The position numbers and the translations under genes are program-made. From positions 13,260,933-13,309,783 of the forward strand of contig NC_068999.1 of assembly GCF_001194135.2 (NCBI RefSeq): 48,851 nt of DNA, in the 5' to 3' direction. Below the pieces are notes generated by a model that worked only from the letters and a program-made list of their open reading frames with translations, ran no database searches and had not been told where the DNA came from. The DNA comes from Octopus bimaculoides (taxonomy: Eukaryota). Positions 1 to 10,955 of the stretch are shown here, in pieces. The number at the start of each line of letters is the position of its first letter. Position 1 is the first letter of the stretch.

Positions 1-687
1 TATATATATATATATTAGTCGGTTCTGAGAATTTTTTGATCATCCTCAGCTCTTTGCCATTTTCTAATCCTGATTGAAATGGAATCTTTAGTTTTATTGA
101 TTATACATTAATGTATCTCATTTCTTTCCAGGAATGCTTATTTGTGTTCCGCGTATGAAAACGCAATTTTGTACACCTTCTTGTGTGTGTTGTTATTTGT
201 ATTCATTCAACAAGACTTTTATTTTTGCGTGTCACATTAATTCTTTGATGAACATGCTCTGTTCACGCTTACCTCTATTGGTTGACAAAGTAATTTTGTT
301 TTTCATTAGGGTTGAAGCGAATAGAAATACGGTAAATATACGCCTTGCTTATCAGTGTTTTATGTTTCATGTACTCAACATCGTGCTGAGAATATAGAGA
401 TCATATCATTGTTATTATTTGAATTCCTACTGCTGTATTATTTATTGGTAGAGATACCATTTAACGATTGTAATATGTTTTTGTCGGCTTGTTTTCTCAT
501 CTCTAACCTAACCTATTTGAATTTCATTTAAAATGTTTACTGTTAGCGTGGCATACACCCTAGCAAACGCAATATTTACATTTTCTTGTTATGTTCGATT
601 CTTATCTTAATCAACCGAATACATTTGGTATCACATTAGTTCCTATGAACGTCAAGTTTAATAATCTCTTTTCTTAATATTCTGACG

Positions 688-1552
688 CATAATGTCTATC
701 TGAATAGTAACGGGACTGGCTGTGCTTTGAAAGGTGTGGGCGAACGAGTCATAATCGGATTGTGTTATTATCTAACATGATATTTTGTGAGTATATAACT
801 GTAATCCTAGATTTCTGCAAACATTGCATATTTTTAAACCTACTTATTTTTACAAACACCCTTTTTGAGGTCTTTCGTCTATGAGCACTGCAGAACGAAT
901 AATAAACACGGAGCAACGAATGAACCTGAAATGTTTTTGTCAGGTTGGCAAAAGCTCAGTCACAAGCATATGAAATGCTTCTGTAAGTGTACGAAGATAA
1001 GATCTTGTCACGCATATGTGTTTTTGAGTAGTACAAGTTCAAAGACGAGCTGAAGGAATTGCAAGATGACTCCAGGAGTGGGATGCCTTTCACAAGCAGA
1101 AATGGGGTCAACGTCAAGTGGTCAATCAGAAAATCAAAAGAGACCTTGCTGCGTTTGCTCCCCGCAATGCAGGAGAAAAGACGAGAGTTGTGGCAGGAGA
1201 AACTGTAGATGTTTCATCATGACAATGCACTAACACACAACGCCATAGAAAAACGCTGTAGTGGAATTACCTCCCCTATGCCTCTGAATTACTCCCTTTC
1301 TATGTTTCCTCTTCCCCTAGCTCAAGAAGATCATGAAGGGTGTGGATGGCATCAATACGGCCGTAATGACTGATCTAAGGGGCATCATAGATAAACCCTT
1401 CCAGCACTGCATATAAACGTGGCAGAGAAGGAGGGAATGTGCTTTAGACATGGAAGAGATTACTTCGAAGGGAAAATCATGGAGGTTGATCATTGGGACT
1501 GAATTAAATTATTTGTGACACCAGTCTTTTTACTTTACAGACGGACCTTGTA
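688..1552 (+). mobile_element. Internally deleted, decayed mariner (Tc1/mariner) transposon
   Basis: Broken frames give the N-terminal HTH region (MSTAE..., EML..VYEDKILSR..VFE, DDSRSG.P.TSRN) fused directly to C-terminal catalytic motifs (LLRLLPAMQEKRRELWQEKL.MFHHDNALTHNA; PYASEL; EDYFEG). The 3' TIR ccagtctttttactttacagacggaccttgta (1521-1552) is followed by TA; a diverged 5' TIR lies at ~688-719 (tctgaatagtaacgggactgg). Confidence 0.85.
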
Positions 1553-3043
1553 TATTCGGTGTAAATGTCTTACATCCCTCTGCACAGTCCTGCCGTATAT
1601 ATTAGCTACGCTCGCTCCCATAATCATTTAGCTGTGTCCGTAATCCTTATTAGCACTCGCTGTAATATGATAACTCTAAACTGGGACCTCGGCTGCAATA
1701 CTTCTTTATTTCTCTCCCCGATGAAGTTGGATATCCACCAAAAGTTGAAAGTAGCAGCAAGTCGTTGGCATTTTGAATAGGATACAATAAAACATGATTT
1801 CACTGAGATTAGCTCTGGCGATAAAAGATTGCCAGTTTCTTTCAGTATATCACCGAATCTTCTAATCGTGCTATAGGCCTCAAACTAAAACATCAGTTGA
1901 AATAGGATTTCCTTTTTGTAAGGCCAATAGAGAAATTGGTGTCTCGCCAAGTCAAACATATGTTTAATTCGAACAAATGTGATGCATATTCATGCGCCAT
2001 CTTCCTATAGACAAGAACAACATACAGTTATACTTTTACTTACTTATGTATGCTGCATTTCCATTTACTTCTTCCCACGTTGTTCCTATTTTATTGAGTT
2101 GTTATTTTTGCAATGTTATTCATTCATTCTGAATTTGTTTGTATGCATATTTATTTGTTCATTTATTCATTCAATTTTCCTTTATGTTACATTTCATTCT
2201 CTGTTGCTTTCACCATTGATTTTTTAGTCACTTCTTTCAAACTTATTAAAACAATCTGACTACTTGTTTCATATATTTATATTTTTATTATAATTCCAAT
2301 CTTTCTTGGAATCGTGACATTCGTTTTCCAAAAAGAAATACAAAATAGCATTTTAAATTTGCTGCGTATTGAGCTATGATGGAGAATATATAAACCCACA
2401 CGCCTAAGCATGCATACATATTCACACATTAAACACGAGTACAGGTGTTAACAATAAATATTCACTATTTTATTCATATGAATTCAAATTAAGATATATT
2501 GGTATCCATGCACACCAACGCACACACAGATAGACACATAACAAATGCATATACACTGTCTTAGATGGAATGTTATGTAGGTGGACATTGAGTTCTAGTT
2601 AAGCATGGGTTCATGTGTAACTGGGAGAATATTTCTTTTCACGAATAGACGAAAGTATACTTGATGATAACGCATAGCACTGGGTACTTTATGTGTATTC
2701 TACATATCAAAATTGCTAGTTTGCATCCCCTTCATAACGAAGGTAGATTTCTGTCTCTAAAGTACGCACACACACACACGCACACAGGCACACACACATG
2801 CACACACACATACATACACACACACAAACACACACACAGACACACAAACACACGCACGCACATATATAATCCTTGCAAAAGTTATATATTTATACTGGAA
2901 GATTCTCTGTGATATTTCGAACACCTTCAACATTGCAAAAGTTATACACGATTACAGAATATACGATTCGGTTAAGTTTCGTGCATACATTCATTCATAC
3001 ATCCATCCATACATACATACATGCATACATACATACATACATA

Positions 3044-3430
3044 CCTTCATTCGGGCTGCTTGATTCGGTGCTTGATGAGATCCGAGCCATCGATGTGAAA
3101 CTCCGAAGAATACTAACCAACGCACTAATTTCCACAGCAACAGCGACATAGAACGCTTCTACCTCAACGAAAGCAAGGCGGCAGTGGATTGGGTTAACTT
3201 CGAGCCTTCGGATGTCGTATCAAAGTCCCTTCGGCAACGTCTTTGTACCACCAAACGTAAGACTGCAAACCTTGCCCAAGATTCCATCCATGAGGCTGAC
3301 ACTGTTATGAAACTTAGGACGCGTATCCTTGCGCAGCTGAAATAAACTTAAATGCATGCCCAAAGGATCACAAGATTCTACCACATCAAGGAAAGGAAGG
3401 AAACAGTACAGGGTACAGAGTTGCATAAAT
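3044..3430 (+). mobile_element. Non-LTR retrotransposon RT C-terminal fragment, R4/Dong-like
   Basis: Frameshifted translation PSFGLLDSVLDEIRAIDVKLRRILT-..FHSNSDIERFYLN..QGGSGL matches the FHxxSDxxRLYLxRxxGGRGL motif typical of R4/Dong-type RT ends. Confidence 0.75.
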
Positions 3431-3510
3431 AATGCATGAAGATGAACTTAGTTTTGAATGGTTGCGTCGCATTCCATCAAATAAATAATAATATTAAATA
3501 TATATATAAA

Positions 3511-3924
3511 TATAAATATATATAATTTATATAAGGGCATTAACTATATAGTAATGCCTCACGCTTAGAGGGACTAAATAAGTCAAAAATTACCAAAAAA
3601 ATAAGCAACATATTTACCGAAAGCGAGGAAATGCAGCTTTCAAAATGTATCTCCTAAAAACATTTAACTTAACGGNNNNNNNNNNAAAATCTTTATAAGA
3701 ATTTATCAATAGTCACCGTGAAAAAGCCTCATAATGAAAAAAAAATCATCATTTTCTTCTATAAATATATATAATTTATATAAGGGCATTAACTATATAG
3801 TAATGCCTCACGCTTAGAGGGACTAAATAAGTCAAAAATTACCAAAAAAATAAGCAACATATTTACCGAAAGCGAGGAAATGCAGCTTTCAAAATGTATC
3901 TCCTAAAAACATTTAACTTAACGG
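3511..3924. repeat. Exact 165-bp direct duplication (3511-3675 and 3760-3924) flanking a 10-N gap; probable assembly artefact
   Basis: Identical sequence on both sides of the gap 3676-3685, separated by 74 unique bases. Confidence 0.85.
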
Positions 3925-5160
3925 TAAACCACTGGTTTCTCAATCAATACAGCAAAACTGTGAAGTAAGCTGCATCTTTTGTTCATCAGTACACGTATGG
4001 TCGAGACACATAAACATAAACAAGAATCAACATACCACGATGTACCCAAGTTAGTACGATGATATATAGATAAAATATATGATATATATATATGGGTGGG
4101 GGCAGAGTACAAGATGTCATGCTTATATGGGTACAGGACGCCATCGACGTGCAAATAACATACACACGTGAGATAGATATAAGACGTGGGCAGTAATTAC
4201 TGGAAAAAACGAGTGATATACGTAAATAACGAGAACAAAATGGAAAGCAGATCAAGTTAACACAAAAAAGGGAAATTCATCAGTGGTAGGCTCTTTATCT
4301 ACGCCTCATATCGCGCATTCAAAAGACAACATGAGTCTTCAAAGACAGTAGCTCCCATGAATTCTAAAATAAAGTTTAGAATTTTTGGAGGGTTAAAGTT
4401 GGGAATAAAATGAATAACAGGGTTGAGAGAGAAGGAAACCGAACGAATAGAGATGGAGAGTTGTTAGACCGGAACGAACGAAGCATATATAACGCTAGAC
4501 ATATATTTTTTTGAAAAGAGACAAAGATAGAAAACGAAGAGAAAACATTCAGTCGTTTAGACGCCAAGCAGAAAAAGAAAAAAAATGGCTATGTAAGGAA
4601 AACATGTAGAGACGAAGGTCAAGTGTGAGCTACAAAACAGTGACAGAGAGATAGAAAACGGTGAAGGTTGGAGGGGGAATCGTGGGTATGTTATTTGCAC
4701 CGTTGGTTACGTCCTTTACCCATATGTTCTGGTATAGATATACATCTATGTATATATTGTATATATCTATCAAACTATATAAATCCCTTGTTATAATTAA
4801 AAGTACATAATTAAAAAAATATTTTATAAAATGTACCTATTAAGGTTTTATTTCCGCACTGAGCACCTGGTAAAATGATTATTGATTTTACTTTATATTA
4901 AAATTACTAACTATATNNNNNNNNNNNNNNNNNNNNNNNNNNNNNNNNNNNNNNNNNNNNNNNNNNNNNNNNNNNNNNNNNNNNNNNNNNNNNNNNNNNN
5001 NNNNNNNNNNNNNNNNNNNNNNNNNNNNNNNNNNNNNNNNNNNNNNNNNNNNNNNNNNNNNNNNNNNNNNNNNNNNNNNNNNNNNNNNNNNNNNNNNNNN
5101 NNNNNNNNNNNNNNNNNNNATATATGCATATATATATGTATATATATATATATGTGTATG

Positions 5161-5192
<32 letters not shown>

Positions 5193-6184
5193 CACACCCT
5201 ACTTTTACAACTACAATATTAATTACTAATGGGAGTTTTGTAGATTCAGTAAATACATGCCTATCGATTGTATTAAATTATAATTAAATGTTATGAGCAA
5301 CTAAAAGATAAAAGATAATACCTATTATCATTAATGAGCATAATGGATACACGGCGATATGATTGCAGGATTTAAGATCCCTAAAAGCAAATCGTTGTAA
5401 ACGTTTAGGAAGCAATAGCAGTTTCACGATAAAATTCCCATTACCATATAATCACATGGGTTGGTGCTATTACAAACACCTTATTGCCGTTTATTGAATT
5501 ATATAAAGAAATTGTTATTACTAAAGATTCCCCTTCATTTCCTCTATATAATTCTCTCTTTCGTTAAAAGGTATTTAACCAAAACTTCGCATTAGATAAT
5601 CCTAATAAATTTAATTATAACTCTATACAATCAATATGCATGTATTTACACTCATCTCTGTTATTATTCTCCTTCAATGGGTTTAGTTAATACATACATA
5701 AATGCTATTCCTTTTCAGATCGTTTCTTCATACTGTTACCTTACGATTCCCTTTATATATATATTCAAGCTTGTATTAATGCACCTCCTCGGGAAAAAAC
5801 AGTAATCATATAAATTATTTGAAAGCTAAAACAGAGATCGTATCAAATTCAACTGATCCAATTTTCTAGACGCCATGCATTGTTTTCGTGAAAGCCGATT
5901 AAATGTGTTGCGTCAATTCCTTGTATAAATTTTATCTACACAGTTCGCGATAATTTATATACCTCGACTGCACCATTATTTCTATGTATTTATACACAAA
6001 ATATAACATATAAGAATTTTGTCGGGTGCATTCTCCAATTGATGGACACTTACTCTATACATTCGTATATCCGCACCTAAAATGGATGCCCATGTCAACG
6101 TAAAAAACATCTACCAATGTGAAAAACACCTACCAACAGCTGAACAATTATACCCAATATACCCCTACATCGATATCTCCCCCT

Positions 6185-6520
6185 CTTCCTCCTCCTCAGG
6201 GATCTCAATGCGTCAGAAGTGAGAGACAACAGACAACAGAGAAATTTATTAAGTAAGAAGGAGTCGGAAGCCGCAATGAAAATGGACTCTTGCTACATGG
6301 GCTGTGCGCTGAACCCTCTCTCTTCATTACTCACACCCAATTTCGAATCCCAAATCCATTGAAGACCACCTGGAAGCGCCTTATCTCAAACCATTGTCAC
6401 CTGCAGGATGACTCCATCATCCGGCAAAAAGAAAAATGACACATCCTTATCACGCGAACGGCTAACAACACTAAGGATTGCTCGACAGACCATCGTCTAG
6501 TCACCACCCGCCTTCGAATA
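6185..6520 (+). mobile_element. RTE/BovB-like LINE fragment (APE endonuclease domain)
   Basis: Decayed translation L.DLNA..., NENGLLL...CAE..L.ITHTQF..P..LKTTW, HLQDDSII, TDHRLV matches the APE motifs GDxNA, NxNGxxLL, KTTW, DY, TDHRLV of RTE-clade ORF2. Confidence 0.8.
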
Positions 6521-6544
6521 ATGGTTAACAACAAACCAAACACT

Positions 6545-6703
6545 TTAAATTATTTACATTATTTACATTATTTACATTATTTACATTTGATAGATATTTG
6601 TCCTCATCTTGTTTGTTGTTAACACAACGTTTCGGCTGAATTAACCTCCAGCCTTCATCAAGTGTCTTGGGGAAATTTGGAACCTAGGTTCTCATTACTA
6701 AGA
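6545..6703 (-). mobile_element. Inverted PLE terminal-repeat (pLTR) fragment with HHR and (TGTAAATAA)n tail
   Basis: Homologous to 16381-16530; has a 9-bp tandem tail (ttatttaca)x4 at ~6549-6587; abuts the PLE ORF fragment in opposite orientation. Confidence 0.75.
6621..6666 (-). ncRNA. Minimal type-I hammerhead ribozyme, probably inactivated (C3U)
   Basis: Minus strand: GACAC-UUGAUGA-A-GGCUG(gagguuaauu)CAGCC-GAAA-CG-UU^-GUGUU. Stem I GACAC/GUGUU, 5-bp stem II, palindromic ACGU replacing stem III; core reads UUGAUGA instead of CUGAUGA. Confidence 0.8.
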
Positions 6704-6704
6704 A

Positions 6705-7300
6705 ATGATCAAGCTCAGTAACAATCTATTAAGCAACAACTACCCCAAAAACATACTATCTACTCCAATTATGAAGAAAAGAGAGGACGCAACCAATAAA
6801 CTGTCTGCAGTCTGTCTACCCTATGTGAAAAACCTCTCAGAAAAGATACAAACGATATGCCGCCTATATGACATCAGGACAGTATTCAAGATTAATACAA
6901 CTCTTGGCAAATATCTCCTTCGAGTAAAACATCCATTAGAAGAGAATATGACCAAAGACTGCGTGTACTCAATCCCATGCAACTGTGGTAGGTTATACTG
7001 ACGTGAAGCACGTCGCACACTCACAATAAGGGTAGACGAACATCGCAAAGCTGTGACACGAGGAGATATTGATAAATGGGTATAACTGATCATGTATGCA
7101 AACATGGAGACTGCCTCCCCCTGTGGGATGAAATTAAAACAATAGACAGAGAACACCACTGGAAAATACTAAAAGTAAAAGAAACAGCACATGTGCTAGG
7201 ACAGAACAACCTCCTAAGCAGACCGAGTACAGGTATGAGTATTATATGGGAACCGGTATTAAGGAAGGATAGGGAAATATTAGATTTATAAGCCCTACAA
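6705..7300 (+). mobile_element. Penelope-like element ORF C-terminus (RT thumb/linker + GIY-YIG endonuclease), disrupted
   Basis: NNYPKN, LPYVKNLSEKI, CVYSIPCNCGRLY*REARRTL.IRVDEHRK, GITDHV, IDREHHWK.LKVKE.AH match the PLE GIY-YIG domain. There is a premature stop at 6999-7001 and a frameshift near 7076. Confidence 0.9.
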
Positions 7301-7315
7301 TTCACTTCAATTCAC

Positions 7316-7388
7316 GGGCATATGGCGTAGTGGTTAAGAGCGCGCGCTGCTAATTCCAAGATTCCGAGTTCGACTCCAGACAGTGGTC
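7316..7388 (+). promoter_or_regulatory. tRNA-like sequence (Pol III A/B boxes) in PLE 3' terminal repeat; not a functional tRNA
   Basis: A box TGGCGTAGTGG (7323-7333), B box GTTCGACTCC (7368-7377), Ser(GCU)-like loop CTGCTAA; no proper acceptor stem; followed by (AAT/AAC)n. Confidence 0.8.
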
Positions 7389-7390
7389 TG

Positions 7391-7487
7391 AATAATAATA
7401 ATAATAAAAATAATAATTTATAATAACAATAATAATAATAACAATAACAAGAACAATAACAACAACAGCAACGACAACAACAACGAC

Positions 7488-7565
<78 letters not shown>

Positions 7566-7592
7566 ATAATAATAATAATGATGATAATAATA
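7391..7592 (+). repeat. (AAT)n/(AAC)n microsatellite inside PLE terminal repeat
   Basis: Directly visible; lies between the tRNA-like head and the HHR. Confidence 0.95.
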
Positions 7593-7649
7593 CCAACGAA
7601 AAATACGTTAGAAAACCATGTTCGAAATTTCCCACATGCAGCACAGAAT

Positions 7650-7700
7650 TTTGTCAGTGAACAGGTCGCGGTCACATAGTGACGAAAACATTTTGACAAA
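7650..7700 (+). ncRNA. Minimal type-I hammerhead ribozyme with G3:C8 core variant
   Basis: UUUGUCA-GUGAACA-G-GUCGC(ggucacaua)GUGAC-GAAA-ACA-UUU^-UGACAAA. 7-bp stem I (7650-7656/7694-7700), 5-bp stem II (7665-7669/7679-7683), GAAA at 7684-7687. The core GUGAACA equals CUGAAGA with C3G+G8C. Confidence 0.7.
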
Positions 7701-7867
7701 TTAAATTTAAATGTTGAAATGAATCTAACTGTTTTTGTAAGTTATTTCAAACGGCTTATAAACACCTTCCACGCTGCAATTGTTTTCGTTGCAGCACACA
7801 ATCTCAGATCAGGTCACTTGCTATGAAATTACATCTCCGTAATATATATGTATACACACACACATAT

Positions 7868-7908
<41 letters not shown>

Positions 7909-8998
7909 TACACACACAAATATANNNNNNNNNNNNNNNNNNNNNNNNNNNNNNNNNNNNNNNNNNNNNNNNNNNNNNNNNNNNNNNNNNNNNNNNNNNN
8001 NNNNNNNNNNNNNNNNNNNNNNNNNNNNNNNNNNNNNNNNNNNNNNNNNNNNNNNNNNNNNNNNNNNNNNNNNNNNNNNNNNNNNNNNNNNNNNNNNNNN
8101 NNNNNNNNNNNNNNNNNNNNNNNNNNNNNNNNNNNNNNNNNNNNNNNNNNNNNNNNNNNNNNNNNNNNNNNNNNNNNNNNNNNNNNNNNNNNNNNNNNNN
8201 NNNNNNNNNNNNNNNNNNNNNNNNNNNNNNNNNNNNNNNNNNNNNNNNNNNNNNNNNNNNNNNNNNNNNNNNNNNNNNNNNNNNNNNNNNNNNNNNNNNN
8301 NNNNNNNNNNNNNNNNNNNNNNNNNNNNNNNNNNNNNNNNNNNNNNNNNNNNNNNNNNNNNNNNNNNNNNNNNNNNNNNNNNNNNNNNNNNNNNNNNNNN
8401 NNNNNNNNNNNNNNNNNNNNNNNNNNNNNNNNNNNNNNNNNNNNNNNNNNNNNNNNNNNNNNNNNNNNNNNNNNNTGTGTGTGTATATGTGTCTGTGTGT
8501 GTATATGTGTGTGTGTGTATTTATTTATGTATGTATGTATGTATGTATGTATGCATGTACGTATGTGTGTGTGTGTGTGTGTGTATGTACTATGTGTGTA
8601 TGTATGTGGATCCGAAGGAATCCTATTCAGACCAATCGATATTATTGTTATCGTGTGTAGCACCTCAGATCCTAGGAATGCAGGAAGCCGAAAGTAGTAT
8701 TCTGTAAAAAATGCATTAAACTTTGATAAGTCAGTTCTGTGATGTTCGTTCGTTATTAAAAGTTAGAGTCACGCAACATTTTAAAATATTAGTTTGAAAA
8801 CATATTCCTTCATATTTTTTCGTTATATGTTGTGCCCCCGCACTTTCATAAATATTAAAACTAGTTTGTATACAGTCTAATAAAAATTACTCGTCGTCGA
8901 TATTGTATATCAATTCCATCCAGGGTATATTATTTCGGGATTATGAAATGAATTCAGTAACACGTAAACTCAGTCCTAACTTTTCTCTAAATATTTAT

Positions 8999-9241
8999 GT
9001 CTTCAAGACAAGGCTGGACCTCTTCCTATCAGGTGTCCCAGTTGAACCAACTTCACGGCAGGAGGCGCAGATGAGAGCAGCTGCATCAAACTCTCTCATG
9101 CACCAAATGTCAATTCCTGAAGTAAAATTCATGAAGTAAAATTCATGAAGTAAAATTGTGTAGCAACACCAAATGGCGGTGCCCCAGCATGGCCACAGCT
9201 CATGACCTGAAACTAGATAAAATGAAAATGAAAATGAATGC
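8999..9241 (+). mobile_element. CR1/L2-group LINE 3' end with 3' UTR and (AAAATG)n tail
   Basis: FKTRLDLFLSGVPVEPT...RAAASNSLMHQM matches the FKxxLDxFLxxVPDEP...RAAxSNSL end of CR1-group ORF2; 14-bp tandem (gaagtaaaattcat) at ~9119-9158; short tandem tail. Confidence 0.8.
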
Positions 9242-9681
9242 ATGCAAACGTTTATCATTTTCCAGCGAGTATGATTTCAAGTATACATAAATATAAATAA
9301 CACTATTGATTGCGGTACGCTTTAACTTGTACCATGATATACTTTGCCGTTATTTACCATAGGAGCTGCTTCTAGACTTTCATTTTGAAGAAAAATAACT
9401 CCTGGCACAGAAGATGATTCGTGCATTTATGATTATTGCTCAATGAAGTGCGATAGAGATAAATTCGTTTGCAGTATCTTGCTATAGAAAATACTTGCTA
9501 ATCCTCGAATTATAAATGCAAAATTATGATTAATTATATGTATTTGAATAGCTAATTGTCATTGTTTCATGCATAAAGAATTATTTTATCGTTTTATTGA
9601 GTGTATGTTTGATCAGCATGTGGGAGCATCATGAGAAATGAGGAACATTTGTTATTTTCCTTGTTATATGGCATCATTCCA

Positions 9682-9891
9682 AGGCGGTGAGCTGGCAGAA
9701 ACGTTAGCAAAATGCTTAGTGGCATTTCGTCTGCCGCTACGTTCTTAGTTCAAATTCCGCCGAGGTCGACTTTCCCTTACCTACTTTCGGGGTCGATTAA
9801 ATAAGTGCCAGTTACGCACAGGGATCGATCTAATCGACTGAATCCCTTTGTCCCCTCTGTGTGTAGCCCCTTGTGGGCAGTAAGGAAATAA
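9682..9891 (+). mobile_element. tRNA-derived SINE with Deu/Nin-like central domain (octopus OR-type)
   Basis: Head ggcggtgagctggcagaaacgttagc, B-box-like gttcaaattcc, central gaggtcgactttcc...tttcggggtcgattaaataagtgccagtt; related copies elsewhere in the window. Confidence 0.85.
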
Positions 9892-10125
9892 ACGTCAGCA
9901 CCACTGGCGAAATGCTGAGCTGGCAGAATCGTTAGCACGCCGGGCGAAATGCTGAGCGGTATTTCGTTTCCCTTTAGGTTCTGAGTTCAAATTCTGCTCA
10001 GGTCGACTGTACCTTTCATCCTTTCGGCGTCGATAAATTAAGTACCAGTTGCGTACTGGGGTCTATGCAATCAACTGGACCCTCCTATTTTTTTTTGGGC
10101 CATGTGTCTAGCGTAGGAAAAGCTA
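9891..10125 (+). mobile_element. Second Deu/Nin-domain SINE copy with partly duplicated head
   Basis: gctggcagaatcgttagcacgccgggcgaaatgctgagc, caggtcgactgtacctttcatcctttcggcgtcgataaattaagtaccagtt; the head segment is repeated at ~9891-9920. Confidence 0.85.
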
Positions 10126-10344
10126 TTGTATCATTTCATTTTCATTATTCCGTTCAAAGTTTCCTCTCAATTTCCGGCTTTGTATGTATACAGTATTAAC
10201 TTTACCGACGTGGCAGGTATGTTCTTACACGCTTAGTTAATAACGTACTCTTTCACGATGCAAAGAACCTACTGTCATATACATAGGAAACGTGTGTGTG
10301 ATAAAAAAACATACGTTGTTTTTGTTGATGTTTTGTTTTTATTG

Positions 10345-10714
10345 AGCAGGCAGAGATGCTAGAATGCCAGATTAGTACATAGCAACATTTCGTCCGTCCG
10401 TCTTTGCCTTCTGAATTCAATGTCCGCCACCGTCGACTTTGCGATTCATGCTTTCTATTACTAAAAAATAGTAGCAGGCAAAGACGGGTATCAGTGCAAT
10501 CAATCTACCCAACCCCCGAAATGACTCGACTTGTCACAATGCTTAGAAGCTTGTCGTTCGTCTTTGCGTTTTAAGGTCACATTTTCTGAGATCTGCTGTG
10601 CCTTTCATACTTCCGGGGTCAAGCAGTTAAGTAACAGTTGAGCATGTAGTCCTCTCCCAGAGAATTTCTGGTCTGTTTCTTTATAGCAGAAAGCATTATT
10701 ATTATTATTATTAT
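10345..10714 (+). mobile_element. Two strongly decayed Deu/Nin-domain SINE copies ending in an (ATT)n tail
   Basis: catttcgtccgtc..., cgtcgactttgcgattcatgc (10390-10450) and gcctttcatacttccggggtc...ttaagtaacagttg (10600-10640). Confidence 0.6.
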
Positions 10715-10765
10715 NNNNNNNNNNTCTCCCAGAGAATTTCTGGTCTGTTTCTTTATAGCAGAAAG

Positions 10766-10786
<21 letters not shown>
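10653..10786. repeat. ~60-bp exact duplication across a 10-N gap (contig overlap artefact)
   Basis: 10653-10714 is repeated from 10725, immediately after gap 10715-10724. Confidence 0.9.
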
Positions 10787-10831
<45 letters not shown>

Positions 10832-10861
10832 CATCATTATTATTATTATTATTATTATTAA

Positions 10862-10918
<57 letters not shown>
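10766..10918 (+). repeat. (ATT)n microsatellite
   Basis: Directly visible. Confidence 0.95.
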
Positions 10919-10919
<1 letters not shown>

Positions 10920-10955
10920 TTAAAAAGGATTGGCGTAACTCTTCACACAGGTAAA

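Noticed and set aside
131-397. Strong acceptor at 130/131 and 87-aa ORF
   Set aside because: The peptide is compositionally biased with no recognisable domain, and the other frames are closed.
4090-4690. GA-rich, CpG-containing stretch resembling a 5' UTR or first exon (possible donor gtatgt near 4686)
   Set aside because: Only compositional evidence; no start site or ORF can be tied to it.
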